Of a DNA stretch of 64,000 nucleotides, positions 1 to 10,183 are shown piece by piece. The position numbers and the translations under genes were made by a program. Source of the stretch: Anaerovoracaceae bacterium (GTDB taxonomy: Bacteria > Bacillota > Clostridia > Peptostreptococcales > Anaerovoracaceae); the NCBI GenBank assembly GCA_036657395.1, contig JAVXGM010000005.1:25702-89701 (forward strand), in the 5' to 3' direction. How positions within the stretch are numbered: the first letter of the stretch is position 1; every line of letters starts with the position of its first letter. The notes under the pieces were generated by a model, which was given only the letters and a program-made list of their open reading frames with translations, did not search any database and was not told the origin of the DNA.

Positions 1-927
<927 letters not shown>

Positions 928-935
<8 letters not shown>

Positions 936-2193
936 AATCTCTCTCCCAAACTTTTTTTCCTGCCACAAATGTTGCTGTATTCTCTCCTGAAATTTCCATT
1001 CCTGCAAAGGGTGTGCTTTTTCCCATGGAAAGGAATGTTTGTGGATCCACCTTACCTTCACTTTTTAAATCAATGATAGCTATGTCCGCTTTTTGTCCCT
1101 CTTCTAAGTATCCTCCATCTATGTTAAATATTTCTCTAGGAGCGATGGCCATAAGGTAAATCAACTTCTCAAGAGTAATTTTCTCCGTTAACACTAGGTG
1201 GGTATATAAAATAGGAAATGCGGTTTCAAGCCCTACGATTCCAAAGGCGCTCTTTGCAAGACCTCTCCCTTTTTCTTCCATGGAATGAGGCGCATGGTCT
1301 GTTGCAATCATATCGATTGTTCCATCCTCAATGCCTCTTATCAATGCTTCCTGGTCTTCTCTACTTCTAATAGGTGGGTTCATTTTAAACCGTCCATCTT
1401 CTTTTAAATCCTCATCGCAAAAGACTAGATAGTGAGGTGTCGTTTCACAAGTTATCTTCACTCCATGCTTTTTTGCCTGACGAATAAGATCTACTGTCTC
1501 TTTTGTAGAAATATGGCAAACATGGTATGCTGCCCCTGTTTTCTTGCAAAGGGCAATATCTCGCTCAACTTGCTTCCATTCACTCTCTGAAGAAATCCCT
1601 TTATGTCCATGGGTCTTTGCGTATTCACCTTTATGTATATAACCTCCATCTAGAAGACTTTCATCTTCACAGTGGGCTACAATCAGTTTATTTAACCCTT
1701 TAGCCTTAATCATAGCTTCTTCCATAAGGTCGCCTGCCTGTACACCTTTTCCATCATCAGAATAGGCAATTACATCCTGGCTCATTTCTTCCATTTGTGA
1801 AAGCTGTCCTTGGCCATTTTGATTCTGAGTAATAGTCCCGTATGGGTATACATTAATAACTCCGTCCCTTTTTATAATATCAAGCTGTACTTTTAGTTTC
1901 TCCACAGTTGATGGTACAGGATCCAGATTTGGCATAGCGCAAAGGGCTGTATAGCCTCCTTTTGCTCCTGCTAAAGTTCCCGTCTTAATTGTCTCTTTAT
2001 AAAAAAAACCAGGTTCTCGCAGATGCACGTGAACATCAACGAAACCTGGAATAATATATAAGTTGTCACACAATATCTGTGTGTCGTAATCAGTTGTGAA
2101 AGAAAAAGTGACTCTATCATCAATCAATAAAACATCTTTTTTCTCAAATCCGTTTTTAGTAAAAACGTAACCATTTTTTAGTAATGTTTTCAT
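928..2193 (-). CDS. pyrC: dihydroorotase
   Basis: Amidohydrolase motifs DVHVHLREPG and ATDHAPH. Start trimmed to ATG 2193 (MKTLLKNGYV) with a GGGAG SD. Lies upstream of pyrK/pyrD. Confidence 0.9.
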
Positions 2194-2235
2194 AAATTCC
2201 CTACTCCCTTTCTTACTTTTGCTCAAATCTTCAAT

Positions 2236-2264
2236 AGTATACTATAGAGTAGACTCCTCGTCAA
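2236..2264 (-). promoter_or_regulatory. sigma-A-type promoter for pyrC-pyrK-pyrD
   Basis: Minus strand reads TTGACG-17 nt-TATACT, about 45 nt upstream of the pyrC ATG. Confidence 0.55.
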
Positions 2265-2306
2265 GGGAATAAAATTGTTTTTTACTTTTTCACCGTTTTA
2301 TAAAAT

Positions 2307-3326
2307 CTACGCCTTTCCAAATCCGCAGTTAGGATAAATACATTCTTTACAGTTATAACACAAGCCACCATGTCCTAAAAGCTTAATGTCTTTTCTTGTA
2401 ATTACTTCTCCTGCTAAAAGTCTTGGCACGATAAGATCAAATACACTCGTTCTGCTATACATAACACATCCAGGAAGTCCTACAACTGGAATATCGTCAA
2501 TATATGATAGCATAAACATGGCTCCAGGAAGTACAGGAGCACCATAAGTGACCATGTTTCCACCAGCTTTTCGGATTCCGGACGGAGTTCTATCATCAGG
2601 ATCTACCGACATTCCTCCAGTAACTCCAATCATATCAATGCCCATATCGATGAGCTGTTTTATACAGTCTGCAATCATATCTTCATCGTCATCAGCAAAA
2701 ATTTGCTTTACAACAGTACTTCCTAAAGCATTAAATTTTTTAGTAAGAACTGGACCAAAAGCATCTTTAATCTTTCCGGTATAAATTTCACTTCCAGTAG
2801 TAACAACACCTATCTTAAGATTTTGAAGTGGTCTTATTTCAACTAAAGGTCCTCTGCTAAGAACCTCTTCAGCACCTTTGACTACTGTCTCATCTACAAA
2901 TAGTGGAATTACTCTTGTCCCTGCAATTTTCTGTCCCTGCTCTACCACTGTATTTTCATGGATAGTCGCAAACATAATTTCATCCTGATCGATAAGATCC
3001 ACCAAAAGCTGTCTGTTGATTTTAAGCAGCCCCTTGCAATCAGCAATAAGCTCAATCTTTCCTTCACTAGGCTCTGATAATCTTAAGCCTTGACCTGCCG
3101 CCTTTGTGGCAATACGCAACGCCGCTTCATTTTCATGAACATCAGTGTCATCTTTTTCTACTATATATATGTGTTTTTTACCCATGGAAAGTAATACTGG
3201 CACATCTTCCTGAGAAATAACATGGCCTTTTTTAAATTTGGGTCCCTTATATTCGCCTACGATAATTTGTGTCATATCATGGGCAAGAACTGTTCCTACC
3301 GCTTGTTCTACTGCAACTTCTTTCAT
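2307..3326 (-). CDS. molybdopterin-binding (MoCF_biosynth/MoeA-like) domain protein with Cys-rich C-terminus
   Basis: Central MoaB/Mog/MoeA-domain-III-like segment (GVVTTGSEI..., GVTGGMSVDPDD). C-terminal tail is GHGGLCYNCKECIYPNCGFGKA. Its ATG lies 2 nt after the modC stop. Confidence 0.7.
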   Translation of the reverse strand: MKEVAVEQAVGTVLAHDMTQIIVGEYKGPKFKKGHVISQEDVPVLLSMGKKHIYIVEKDDTDVHENEAALRIATKAAGQGLRLSEPSEGKIELIADCKGLLKINRQLLVDLIDQDEIMFATIHENTVVEQGQKIAGTRVIPLFVDETVVKGAEEVLSRGPLVEIRPLQNLKIGVVTTGSEIYTGKIKDAFGPVLTKKFNALGSTVVKQIFADDDEDMIADCIKQLIDMGIDMIGVTGGMSVDPDDRTPSGIRKAGGNMVTYGAPVLPGAMFMLSYIDDIPVVGLPGCVMYSRTSVFDLIVPRLLAGEVITRKDIKLLGHGGLCYNCKECIYPNCGFGKA

Positions 3327-3328
3327 TA

Positions 3329-3994
3329 TTACTCTACCTCTCTTTGTATTTTTCCTTTGTTCATTATGATTCGTTTATCTGCAAACATTTCACTTTCCCT
3401 TGGATCGTGGGTAATCAAAATAGTTGGAATGCCAAAGTCTCGTTTAAATGTGGCAAATTCCTTGTAGACAATTTCTTTTGTCTTTATGTCTAACGCAGAA
3501 AATGGTTCATCTAAAAGAAGAATCTTTGGCTGGGTAACAATAGCTCTTGCTAGTGCTACTCTTTGTTTCTCTCCTCCTGAGATAGCCTTAGGGTACCTAT
3601 GACCTAAACTACTGATTTTAAAAGTTTCCATAATGTATTGTGCATAGTCAAAGAGCTTCTTTCGCTCCACTCTATCCCTGTATGATTTTTTATTCTTAAT
3701 CCCATATAATACATTATGTTTTACCGTCATGTTGGGGAAAAGTGCATAATTTTGAAATACATATCCTACTTGTCGATTTTTTACCGGAAGGTTTACATTC
3801 TTTCCAAAAACCTGAGTATCTTCAATCGTAATATTCCCTTCATCAGGAGTTTTTATCCCAGCTATACAGTTTAAGACTGTAGTTTTACCAGCACCAGACT
3901 CCCCTTGAATGACTAGAACTCCTTTGTCAAAAGAAACATCCACATCTATGGTTATCTCATCTAATTTTTTTACAATGTTTATATATGTGCCCAT
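3329..3994 (-). CDS. modC: molybdate ABC transporter ATP-binding protein (short form, no TOBE domain)
   Basis: Walker A GESGAGKTT, signature SGGEKQRVALARA, Walker B LLLDEPFSALD. Only 221 aa. Follows modA-modB. Confidence 0.8.
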   Translation of the reverse strand: MGTYINIVKKLDEITIDVDVSFDKGVLVIQGESGAGKTTVLNCIAGIKTPDEGNITIEDTQVFGKNVNLPVKNRQVGYVFQNYALFPNMTVKHNVLYGIKNKKSYRDRVERKKLFDYAQYIMETFKISSLGHRYPKAISGGEKQRVALARAIVTQPKILLLDEPFSALDIKTKEIVYKEFATFKRDFGIPTILITHDPRESEMFADKRIIMNKGKIQREVE

Positions 3995-3997
3995 TTC

Positions 3998-4663
3998 CTA
4001 TCCCTCGTTATAGTGATGCTTCTTCAGCCAAGTGTTAAGCCCAAATACAAGGGCAAAGCTAAATGCCACCATGACAATGACCAAAATATTGGCTTCATCG
4101 TCTTTTCCTGAAGCTACAGCGTAATATATGGATGTAGGAATGGTTTGAGTCTCTCCAGGAATATTTCCGGCAAGCATTAATGTTGCTCCAAACTCTCCCA
4201 TAGCTCTTGCAAACGTAAGGATTATTCCGCTGACAATTCCTGGCCTAGCTAATGGAAAAAGGACAGTAATAAATGATCGCCATTTTCCACTTCCCAGGGT
4301 TTGAGCTGCAAGCTCGTAGGTCTCGTCCACACTTTGAAAAGCTCCTTTTGCATTTTGATACATCAAAGGTAATGATACAACACAGGCCGCAATAACGCAA
4401 GCTACCCAAGTAAATACAATTTGCACCCCAAAATTATCAAGGAGAAAAGCACCTATAGGTCCCCTTCTCCCAAATAATTTTAAAAGCAAATATCCCACGA
4501 TGGACGGAGGTAAAATCATAGGGAGTATCAATAAAGTCTCCCATATGTTCTTTCCTGGCACCCGTTTCTTCGTGAGAATATAGGCGAAAAATACGCCTAA
4601 AATAAATGCAAATATGGTCGCAATAGTTGCAACTTTTAGAGATAGCAATACTGGGGCCATCAT
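3998..4663 (-). CDS. modB: molybdate ABC transporter permease
   Basis: Polytopic membrane protein of the CysTW/ModB type with an EAA-like loop (AAQTLGSGKWRSFITVLFPLARPG). Lies between modA and modC. Confidence 0.85.
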   Translation of the reverse strand: MMAPVLLSLKVATIATIFAFILGVFFAYILTKKRVPGKNIWETLLILPMILPPSIVGYLLLKLFGRRGPIGAFLLDNFGVQIVFTWVACVIAACVVSLPLMYQNAKGAFQSVDETYELAAQTLGSGKWRSFITVLFPLARPGIVSGIILTFARAMGEFGATLMLAGNIPGETQTIPTSIYYAVASGKDDEANILVIVMVAFSFALVFGLNTWLKKHHYNEG

Positions 4664-4666
4664 AAA

Positions 4667-5455
4667 TTATTTCACCGTAAACCCATATTTTTCAAATGTT
4701 TTCTTTGCAAAATCAGAACTTAAATATTCATAGAAATTAGCTGTAGCCTCTGCCTCTTTTGAATCCTTCATGATTGCTGCAGGATAAACGATAGGATCAT
4801 GAAGTTTTGAATCTACATCACAAATTACTTTTCCTGTTTTTAGCATCATGGCATCTGTCTTATATACAAATCCGCAATCTACATCACCAGTTTCTACATA
4901 GTTTAGCACTGCTTTAACATCTTTTCCATTCATTACCTTGCCCTTTACTTTATCAGTAATCTTTAGTGAATCAAACACCTGTGTTGCATATTTTCCTGCA
5001 GGTACAGTTTCTGGTTCGCCAATGGAAATCTTGCCAACTTTATCCGTAGCAAGGTTGTCGATTTTGACTACATCAGCTTTCTCTTTTGATGCAACTAATG
5101 TAAGTGTATTTCCTAAAAGGTCTTTTCTAGAATCTGTATCTATTAGGCTTCCATCTGCTAGCTGATCCATGTTGCTCTTAGAAGCAGAAATAAATAGGTC
5201 GCAAGGTGCGCCTCCCTCAATCTGCTGCACTAAATCTCCGGAGCCTGCATAGCTTGGGATAATTTTATCACTGCAATCTTTATTATATTCTGCAATAATT
5301 TCATCAATTGCATCTGTAAGACTTGCCGCTGCCAATACTGTGATCTCTTTGGTATCACTCTTTGCAGCCTCCCCATTTTTGTCGCTGTTTCCGCAGCCTG
5401 CAAACAAAGTTGCTACTACCAGCACTACTGCTAAAACCAAGGTTAATCTTTTCAT
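4667..5455 (-). CDS. modA: molybdate-binding lipoprotein (ABC substrate-binding protein)
   Basis: Signal peptide plus lipobox LFAGCG. ModA-type motif ITVLAAASLTDA. First gene of modABC. Confidence 0.85.
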   Translation of the reverse strand: MKRLTLVLAVVLVVATLFAGCGNSDKNGEAAKSDTKEITVLAAASLTDAIDEIIAEYNKDCSDKIIPSYAGSGDLVQQIEGGAPCDLFISASKSNMDQLADGSLIDTDSRKDLLGNTLTLVASKEKADVVKIDNLATDKVGKISIGEPETVPAGKYATQVFDSLKITDKVKGKVMNGKDVKAVLNYVETGDVDCGFVYKTDAMMLKTGKVICDVDSKLHDPIVYPAAIMKDSKEAEATANFYEYLSSDFAKKTFEKYGFTVK

Positions 5456-5528
5456 TTTTTCTCTCCTCCATATAAATGGTTCACTCTATAATAACAATTT
5501 CTTCCTTAGTTTACCATATATGTATATT

Positions 5529-6578
5529 TTAATACGTTTCCTTGCCAACATTGCCTTGATTTTCTTCCCTCATACGCAGTTGACCGCAGGCGGCGGCAAT
5601 ATCTCTACCCATTTCACGTCTAACCGTTGCAGGTATTCCTTTTTTTTCTAGATATGCTGCAATCTCCTCTGCTTTTTTTCGGTTGGAGCCCTCCATACCT
5701 GTCTCTGTAACTTCATTTAGAGGAATCAGGTTTACATGGCACAATATTCCTCTTAACCTCTTGGCCAAAATAGATATCTGATCTTTTGTGTCATTTACAT
5801 CTTTTACCAAGGCATACTCAAATGTAACTCTTCGCCCTGTGTCTTTTGTATATGCTTTACAAGCTATAAGAAGTTCGTCTAAAGGATATTTTCCATTAAT
5901 CGGCATCATCTTTTCTCTAACTTCATCTGTAGGGCTGTGTAGTGATATGGCCAGGTTTACCTGTGGAAAATCTTTAGAAAATTCCTTTATAACCGGGATC
6001 ACTCCACAAGTTGACAAAGTAATATTTCTCATACCCAAATTAAGCCCAGTCTCACAATTTACCATCCTTAAAAAGCGACTTACCTCTTTGTAATTATCTA
6101 AAGGCTCTCCTACTCCCATGATTACAACATGGCTGATTCGTTTGCCTGTATCTCTTTCAACAGAAATAAGTTGATCTGCCATTTCTCCAGCTGTAAGGTT
6201 TCTCACAAAACCACCTACGGTTGAAGCACAAAATTTACATCCCATGCGACATCCTGCTTGAGAAGAAATGCAAAGGGAATTTCCATACTTGTATTCCATA
6301 AATACGCTTTCAATAGCTTGTCCATCAGGCAAGCCAAAAAGATATTTTCTCGTTCCGTCTTTTTCCGACTTTTGCACTTGCAAAATCTTCAGACTCTCTA
6401 GTTTTGCCTCTTTATTCAATTTTTCTCGAAGATCTTTGGATAAATCCGTCATATCTTCCATCTTGGTTATTCCCCTGTATATCCATTGATATACTTGAGT
6501 AGCACGAAAAGGTTTTTCGCCTATTCCTAGGAAAAATTCCTTCATTTCTTCTAGTGTTAAGTTTTTTAAATTGATCAT
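5529..6578 (-). CDS. rlmN: 23S rRNA/tRNA (adenine-C2)-methyltransferase, radical SAM
   Basis: N-terminal FRATQVYQWIY. Radical-SAM CRMGCKFCAST. C-terminal ...DIAAACGQL, typical of RlmN. Confidence 0.9.
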   Translation of the reverse strand: MINLKNLTLEEMKEFFLGIGEKPFRATQVYQWIYRGITKMEDMTDLSKDLREKLNKEAKLESLKILQVQKSEKDGTRKYLFGLPDGQAIESVFMEYKYGNSLCISSQAGCRMGCKFCASTVGGFVRNLTAGEMADQLISVERDTGKRISHVVIMGVGEPLDNYKEVSRFLRMVNCETGLNLGMRNITLSTCGVIPVIKEFSKDFPQVNLAISLHSPTDEVREKMMPINGKYPLDELLIACKAYTKDTGRRVTFEYALVKDVNDTKDQISILAKRLRGILCHVNLIPLNEVTETGMEGSNRKKAEEIAAYLEKKGIPATVRREMGRDIAAACGQLRMREENQGNVGKETY

Positions 6579-6601
6579 GTGATCTCCTATTTACAAAGTA
6601 A

Positions 6602-6627
6602 ATCCGCAAGTCTTTAAACTGGCGGAT
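6602..6627 (-). terminator. stem-loop between the small-ORF pair and rlmN (possible weak terminator/attenuator)
   Basis: Minus strand: ATCCGCCAG-tttaaaga-CTTGCGGAT (9 bp, one mismatch), followed by TTACTTTGTAAAT. The T-tract is poor. Confidence 0.3.
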
Positions 6628-6639
6628 CCTACGGATAGT

Positions 6640-7029
6640 TTAATATAAGCCTCTATTCTTTTTCTTCTTTTTGGGAGTGGCATTTTTTGAATGTATCTGC
6701 CCTCGCCACGCCGGGTGATAGGCATCTAGGTATCTTTCAAAGGTAATCCAATCGTCTTCTGGCTTTCCTTCTGGAATTCCCGGGAAAAAATGTTCTATGT
6801 ATTCTTCTACTAGGAGCCTTGATACCTTTGGCAATCTGCCTTCAGCTTCCGGATCAATTTTTTCACCATAAGCCTTCAGAACAGTACAAATCACTGGTAT
6901 ATCATACCCGAATTTTATAGCGATCTGCTCCAAATCTCTTCCTAAAACAACATATAAATCAAAGATGGCCGTATGATTTTTAACGCCTATCTGTTTGATT
7001 GTTTTCAGTTCTTCAATTGGAACGCTCAT
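6640..7029 (-). CDS. hypothetical protein, possible HTH-like N-terminal half and lysine-rich tail
   Basis: ATG 7029 lies 1 nt after the stop of the upstream gene, with an AAGGAG SD inside that gene's last codons. The track's GTG-type extension to 7050 is rejected. Segment LEQIAIKFGYDIPVICTVLKAY looks HTH-like. C-terminus is KKKKKNRGLY. I recognise no family. Confidence 0.55.
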   Translation of the reverse strand: MSVPIEELKTIKQIGVKNHTAIFDLYVVLGRDLEQIAIKFGYDIPVICTVLKAYGEKIDPEAEGRLPKVSRLLVEEYIEHFFPGIPEGKPEDDWITFERYLDAYHPAWRGQIHSKNATPKKKKKNRGLY

Positions 7030-7030
7030 T

Positions 7031-7321
7031 TTACTCCTTGTCCCCCACATCCAACTCTTCTGAGTCTTCTAAAGGCACTGCAACGATAATATTTCTTGCA
7101 TCTTCCAAAGTCTGCTGGGGCACATAAAGGTCAATAGGGTATGTAGAATTACTTCCCAACGCAATCTCAATAAAATTGCTAGCCCCTTGGTAATTCTTTA
7201 CAGAAGGAATATCCTCACTGCGCAGCTTAGACTCTAATAGATCTGCTTCAAAACTGCTTTCTGCTGTACAAAGGTAAACCCCATCTCTCCATGGCTGTCT
7301 TTCTTTTTCGTCGATAAACAT
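7031..7321 (-). CDS. DUF2007-like small protein (putative signal-transducing, PII-like fold)
   Basis: 96 aa. Pattern ...VYLCTAESSFEADLLESKLRSEDIPSV...YVPQQTLEDARNII resembles DUF2007 proteins. Its ATG is 2 nt after the thrS stop. Confidence 0.5.
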   Translation of the reverse strand: MFIDEKERQPWRDGVYLCTAESSFEADLLESKLRSEDIPSVKNYQGASNFIEIALGSNSTYPIDLYVPQQTLEDARNIIVAVPLEDSEELDVGDKE

Positions 7322-7323
7322 AT

Positions 7324-9069
7324 TTAAACCGCCTTATCAGCTATTTCTTTTAGTAATTTTCTTTCCACTTCATCTATGGACATTTCTCCCAGTTCGCCTA
7401 ATTTGCTCGAACGAATAGTAAGCGATCTTGCTTCTGCTTCACGTTCACCTATTACGCAAATATACGGATTTCTCTCATTTCTAGCCTGTCTAAGCTTGTA
7501 ACCTATTTTTTCATTTCTTACATCCACTTCTACACGAAGTCCAGCTTCTTCAAGTCTTTTACCAACTTCTAGTGCATAGTCTGCGAATTTTTCCGTAACG
7601 GTAAGTAGCTTAATCTGTACTGGTGCTAGCCACAATGGGAATTTCCCAGCAAAATGCTCTGTCAAAATACCAATAAACCTTTCAATGGATCCAAAGATTA
7701 CTCTATGAATCATAATCGGTGTATGCTTTTCTCCATCAGGTCCAATATACGTCAGGTCAAAACGTTGTGGCATTTGGAAGTCTAGTTGAATAGTTCCGCA
7801 CTGCCAAGTTCTTCCCAATGAATCCTCTAAATGAAAATCTAGCTTAGGACCATAGAAAGCGCCATCGCCTTCGTTGATAACATATTCCATGCCTTTTTGA
7901 TCCATAGCTGCTGCTAGTGCCTCTATTGCCATGGTCCACTCTTCATCTGTCCCCATTGAATCTTCAGGCTTTGTGGAAAGCTCCACATGATATTTAAATC
8001 CAAATAAATTATACACATAATCAATAAAGTCAATAACACCCACTATTTCTTCTTTTATCTGGTCAGGAAGCATGAATATATGTGCATCATCTTGAGTAAA
8101 TGTTCGTACTCTCATCAAACCATGCAATGCTCCTGATAGTTCATGTCTATGAACCTGACCTAACTCTCCAATACGCATAGGAAAATCTCTGTAAGAATAC
8201 ATTTTACGCTTATATGCCAGCATTGCACCTGGACAGTTCATAGGTTTAATTGCATAATCTGCATCATCTATTTTAGTAAAATACATGTTGTTTTCGTAAT
8301 GATCCCAATGACCTGAGGTGTGCCATAGGTCTTCATTTAGAATCAGTGGAGTTTTAATCTCCTGATATCCTCTTTTATTGTGTTCTTGCCTCCAAAAACT
8401 TTCAAGTTCATTTCTAATTATCATTCCTTTTGGCATAAAGAATGGGAATCCTGGACCCTCTTCATATATGGCAAATAAGTCCATCTCTTTACCGATTTTT
8501 CGATGGTCTCTCTTTTTTGCCTCTTCTAATTTTTCAATATATTCATCTAGCTCTGCCTGTGATGGGAAGCATGTGCCATAGATACGTTGAAGCATCTTTC
8601 GTTTTTCGTCGCCTCTCCAGTATGCACCAGCTACGCTCATAAGTTTTACCGCTTTAATCTGTCCTGTTTTTTCCATATGAGGTCCCGCACAAAGGTCAAC
8701 AAAATCACCTTGTTTATAGAAAGAAATAACCTCATCTTCAGGAAGATCTTCAATAAGTTCAACCTTGTAAGTTTCTCCTGCACCAGTCATAAGCTTGATT
8801 GCCTCGTCTCTAGGCAGTTCAAAGCGTTCAAGAGGATAACTGGCCTGAATGATTTTCTTCATTTCTTTTTGTATCTTCATCAAATCTTGATCACTAAACT
8901 TGTGCTCCAAATCAAAGTCATAATAAAAACCGTTATCTATAGCCGGCCCAATCGCTAACTTTGCTTCTGGCCACAATTTTTTTACAGCCTGAGCCAAAAT
9001 GTGTGATGTTGTATGTCTGTAGCAGGATTTTACCTGTTCATCCTCAAAATTTATTTTTTCTTTTGCCAT
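7324..9069 (-). CDS. thrS: threonine--tRNA ligase lacking the N-terminal TGS domain
   Basis: Starts directly in the editing/SAD region (CYRHTTSHILAQAVKKLWPEAKLAIGPAIDNGFYYDFD). Class II core motifs present (FPMRIGELGQVHRHE, GLMRVRTFTQDDAHIF, CGTIQLDF). Anticodon-binding C-terminus. 581 aa. Confidence 0.93.
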   Translation of the reverse strand: MAKEKINFEDEQVKSCYRHTTSHILAQAVKKLWPEAKLAIGPAIDNGFYYDFDLEHKFSDQDLMKIQKEMKKIIQASYPLERFELPRDEAIKLMTGAGETYKVELIEDLPEDEVISFYKQGDFVDLCAGPHMEKTGQIKAVKLMSVAGAYWRGDEKRKMLQRIYGTCFPSQAELDEYIEKLEEAKKRDHRKIGKEMDLFAIYEEGPGFPFFMPKGMIIRNELESFWRQEHNKRGYQEIKTPLILNEDLWHTSGHWDHYENNMYFTKIDDADYAIKPMNCPGAMLAYKRKMYSYRDFPMRIGELGQVHRHELSGALHGLMRVRTFTQDDAHIFMLPDQIKEEIVGVIDFIDYVYNLFGFKYHVELSTKPEDSMGTDEEWTMAIEALAAAMDQKGMEYVINEGDGAFYGPKLDFHLEDSLGRTWQCGTIQLDFQMPQRFDLTYIGPDGEKHTPIMIHRVIFGSIERFIGILTEHFAGKFPLWLAPVQIKLLTVTEKFADYALEVGKRLEEAGLRVEVDVRNEKIGYKLRQARNERNPYICVIGEREAEARSLTIRSSKLGELGEMSIDEVERKLLKEIADKAV

Positions 9070-9082
9070 TTTATTCTCTCCT

Positions 9083-10165
9083 CTAATTACTATTTTCCAA
9101 GGCCAAAGCGATTAATGTGTTTAAAAGGTTATCGTAAGTCATTCCGGTGGCTAGCCAAAGCTGCGGATACATGCTGATGTTTGTAAATCCAGGCATAGTA
9201 TTAATTTCATTAAAAACAACTGTCCCTTCATCATCTAAAAAGAAGTCTACTCGAGATAAACCTCTACACCCCATACATTCAAAAACCTTTACTGCAGCCT
9301 CTTGGATTTCTTTTTCCTTTTCTGGAAGGAGGTCTGTAATTACTCTAGTCTTCGACTCTCCATTAATATATTTCGCATCATAGTCATAGAATTCATTAGC
9401 TGCTATAATCTCTCCTATCGGTGATGCCTTTGGGTCTTCATTTCCTAAGACTGCTACTTCTATTTCTCTTCCTACTATGGTCTCTTCCACAAGCACTTTA
9501 TCATCTTCTTTTAACGCTGTAATTATAGCCTGCGCTAGCTGCGATTTATCCCTGGCTTTTGATATGCCTACAGAAGAACCTGCACTGGAAGGTTTGACAA
9601 ACAAAGGGTATTTCCCTTTGAAATATTTCTCTCCCTTGTCGACTACTCCTGACTGGTCTCTTTCAAATGCCACTTCAGTAACTACAAATGAATCCGCTTG
9701 TTTTACTCCAATTTGCCCCACCATAAGTTTTGTAATAGCTTTATCCATACAGGTGGCTGAAGCTCTAGTCCCCGGACCTACATAAGGAATACCTGATAGG
9801 TCAAAGAGACCTTGTATAGTGCCATCTTCCCCATTCTTTCCATGTAGTACTGGGAATATCACGTCCACGTCTATTCGAAAGTATCCACCTTCATTGTCAA
9901 ATACTAACAAGTCTTTTTTGACCCTATCAAGTGAAAGTGCTGCTCGCTGGTTACTTTCATTTTGTATCCAACTTCCGTCAAGAATATTTTCAGCAAGGGC
10001 ATTAGTTAAAAACCAATCCCCTTGTTTTGTAATTCCTATTTTGTGTATTTTATATTTATCTGTATCTAAATGGTTAATCACTGACGCTGCTGAAAGGCAA
10101 GACACCTCATGTTCTGATGACTGTCCGCCAAAAATCACCGCTACTGATGATTTATCATTACTCAT
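9083..10165 (-). CDS. ddl: D-alanine--D-alanine ligase
   Basis: ATP-grasp protein. Motifs FGGQSSEHEVS, FPVLHGKNGEDGTIQGL, FVKPSSAGSSVGISK, NEINTMPGFT. Confidence 0.9.
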   Translation of the reverse strand: MSNDKSSVAVIFGGQSSEHEVSCLSAASVINHLDTDKYKIHKIGITKQGDWFLTNALAENILDGSWIQNESNQRAALSLDRVKKDLLVFDNEGGYFRIDVDVIFPVLHGKNGEDGTIQGLFDLSGIPYVGPGTRASATCMDKAITKLMVGQIGVKQADSFVVTEVAFERDQSGVVDKGEKYFKGKYPLFVKPSSAGSSVGISKARDKSQLAQAIITALKEDDKVLVEETIVGREIEVAVLGNEDPKASPIGEIIAANEFYDYDAKYINGESKTRVITDLLPEKEKEIQEAAVKVFECMGCRGLSRVDFFLDDEGTVVFNEINTMPGFTNISMYPQLWLATGMTYDNLLNTLIALALENSN

Positions 10166-10183
10166 TTATTGTCCTTCCTAACT

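Noticed and set aside
5456-5528. Looked for a Moco (molybdenum cofactor) riboswitch or a ModE operator upstream of modA.
   Set aside because: The gap to rlmN is only 73 nt and AT-rich, which is too short for the ~130-nt Moco motif. I saw only a short CATATATG palindrome, which is not convincing in this base composition.
9070-9082. Looked for a T-box leader upstream of thrS.
   Set aside because: Only 13 nt separate the ddl stop from the thrS ATG, so no specifier or antiterminator structure can fit.
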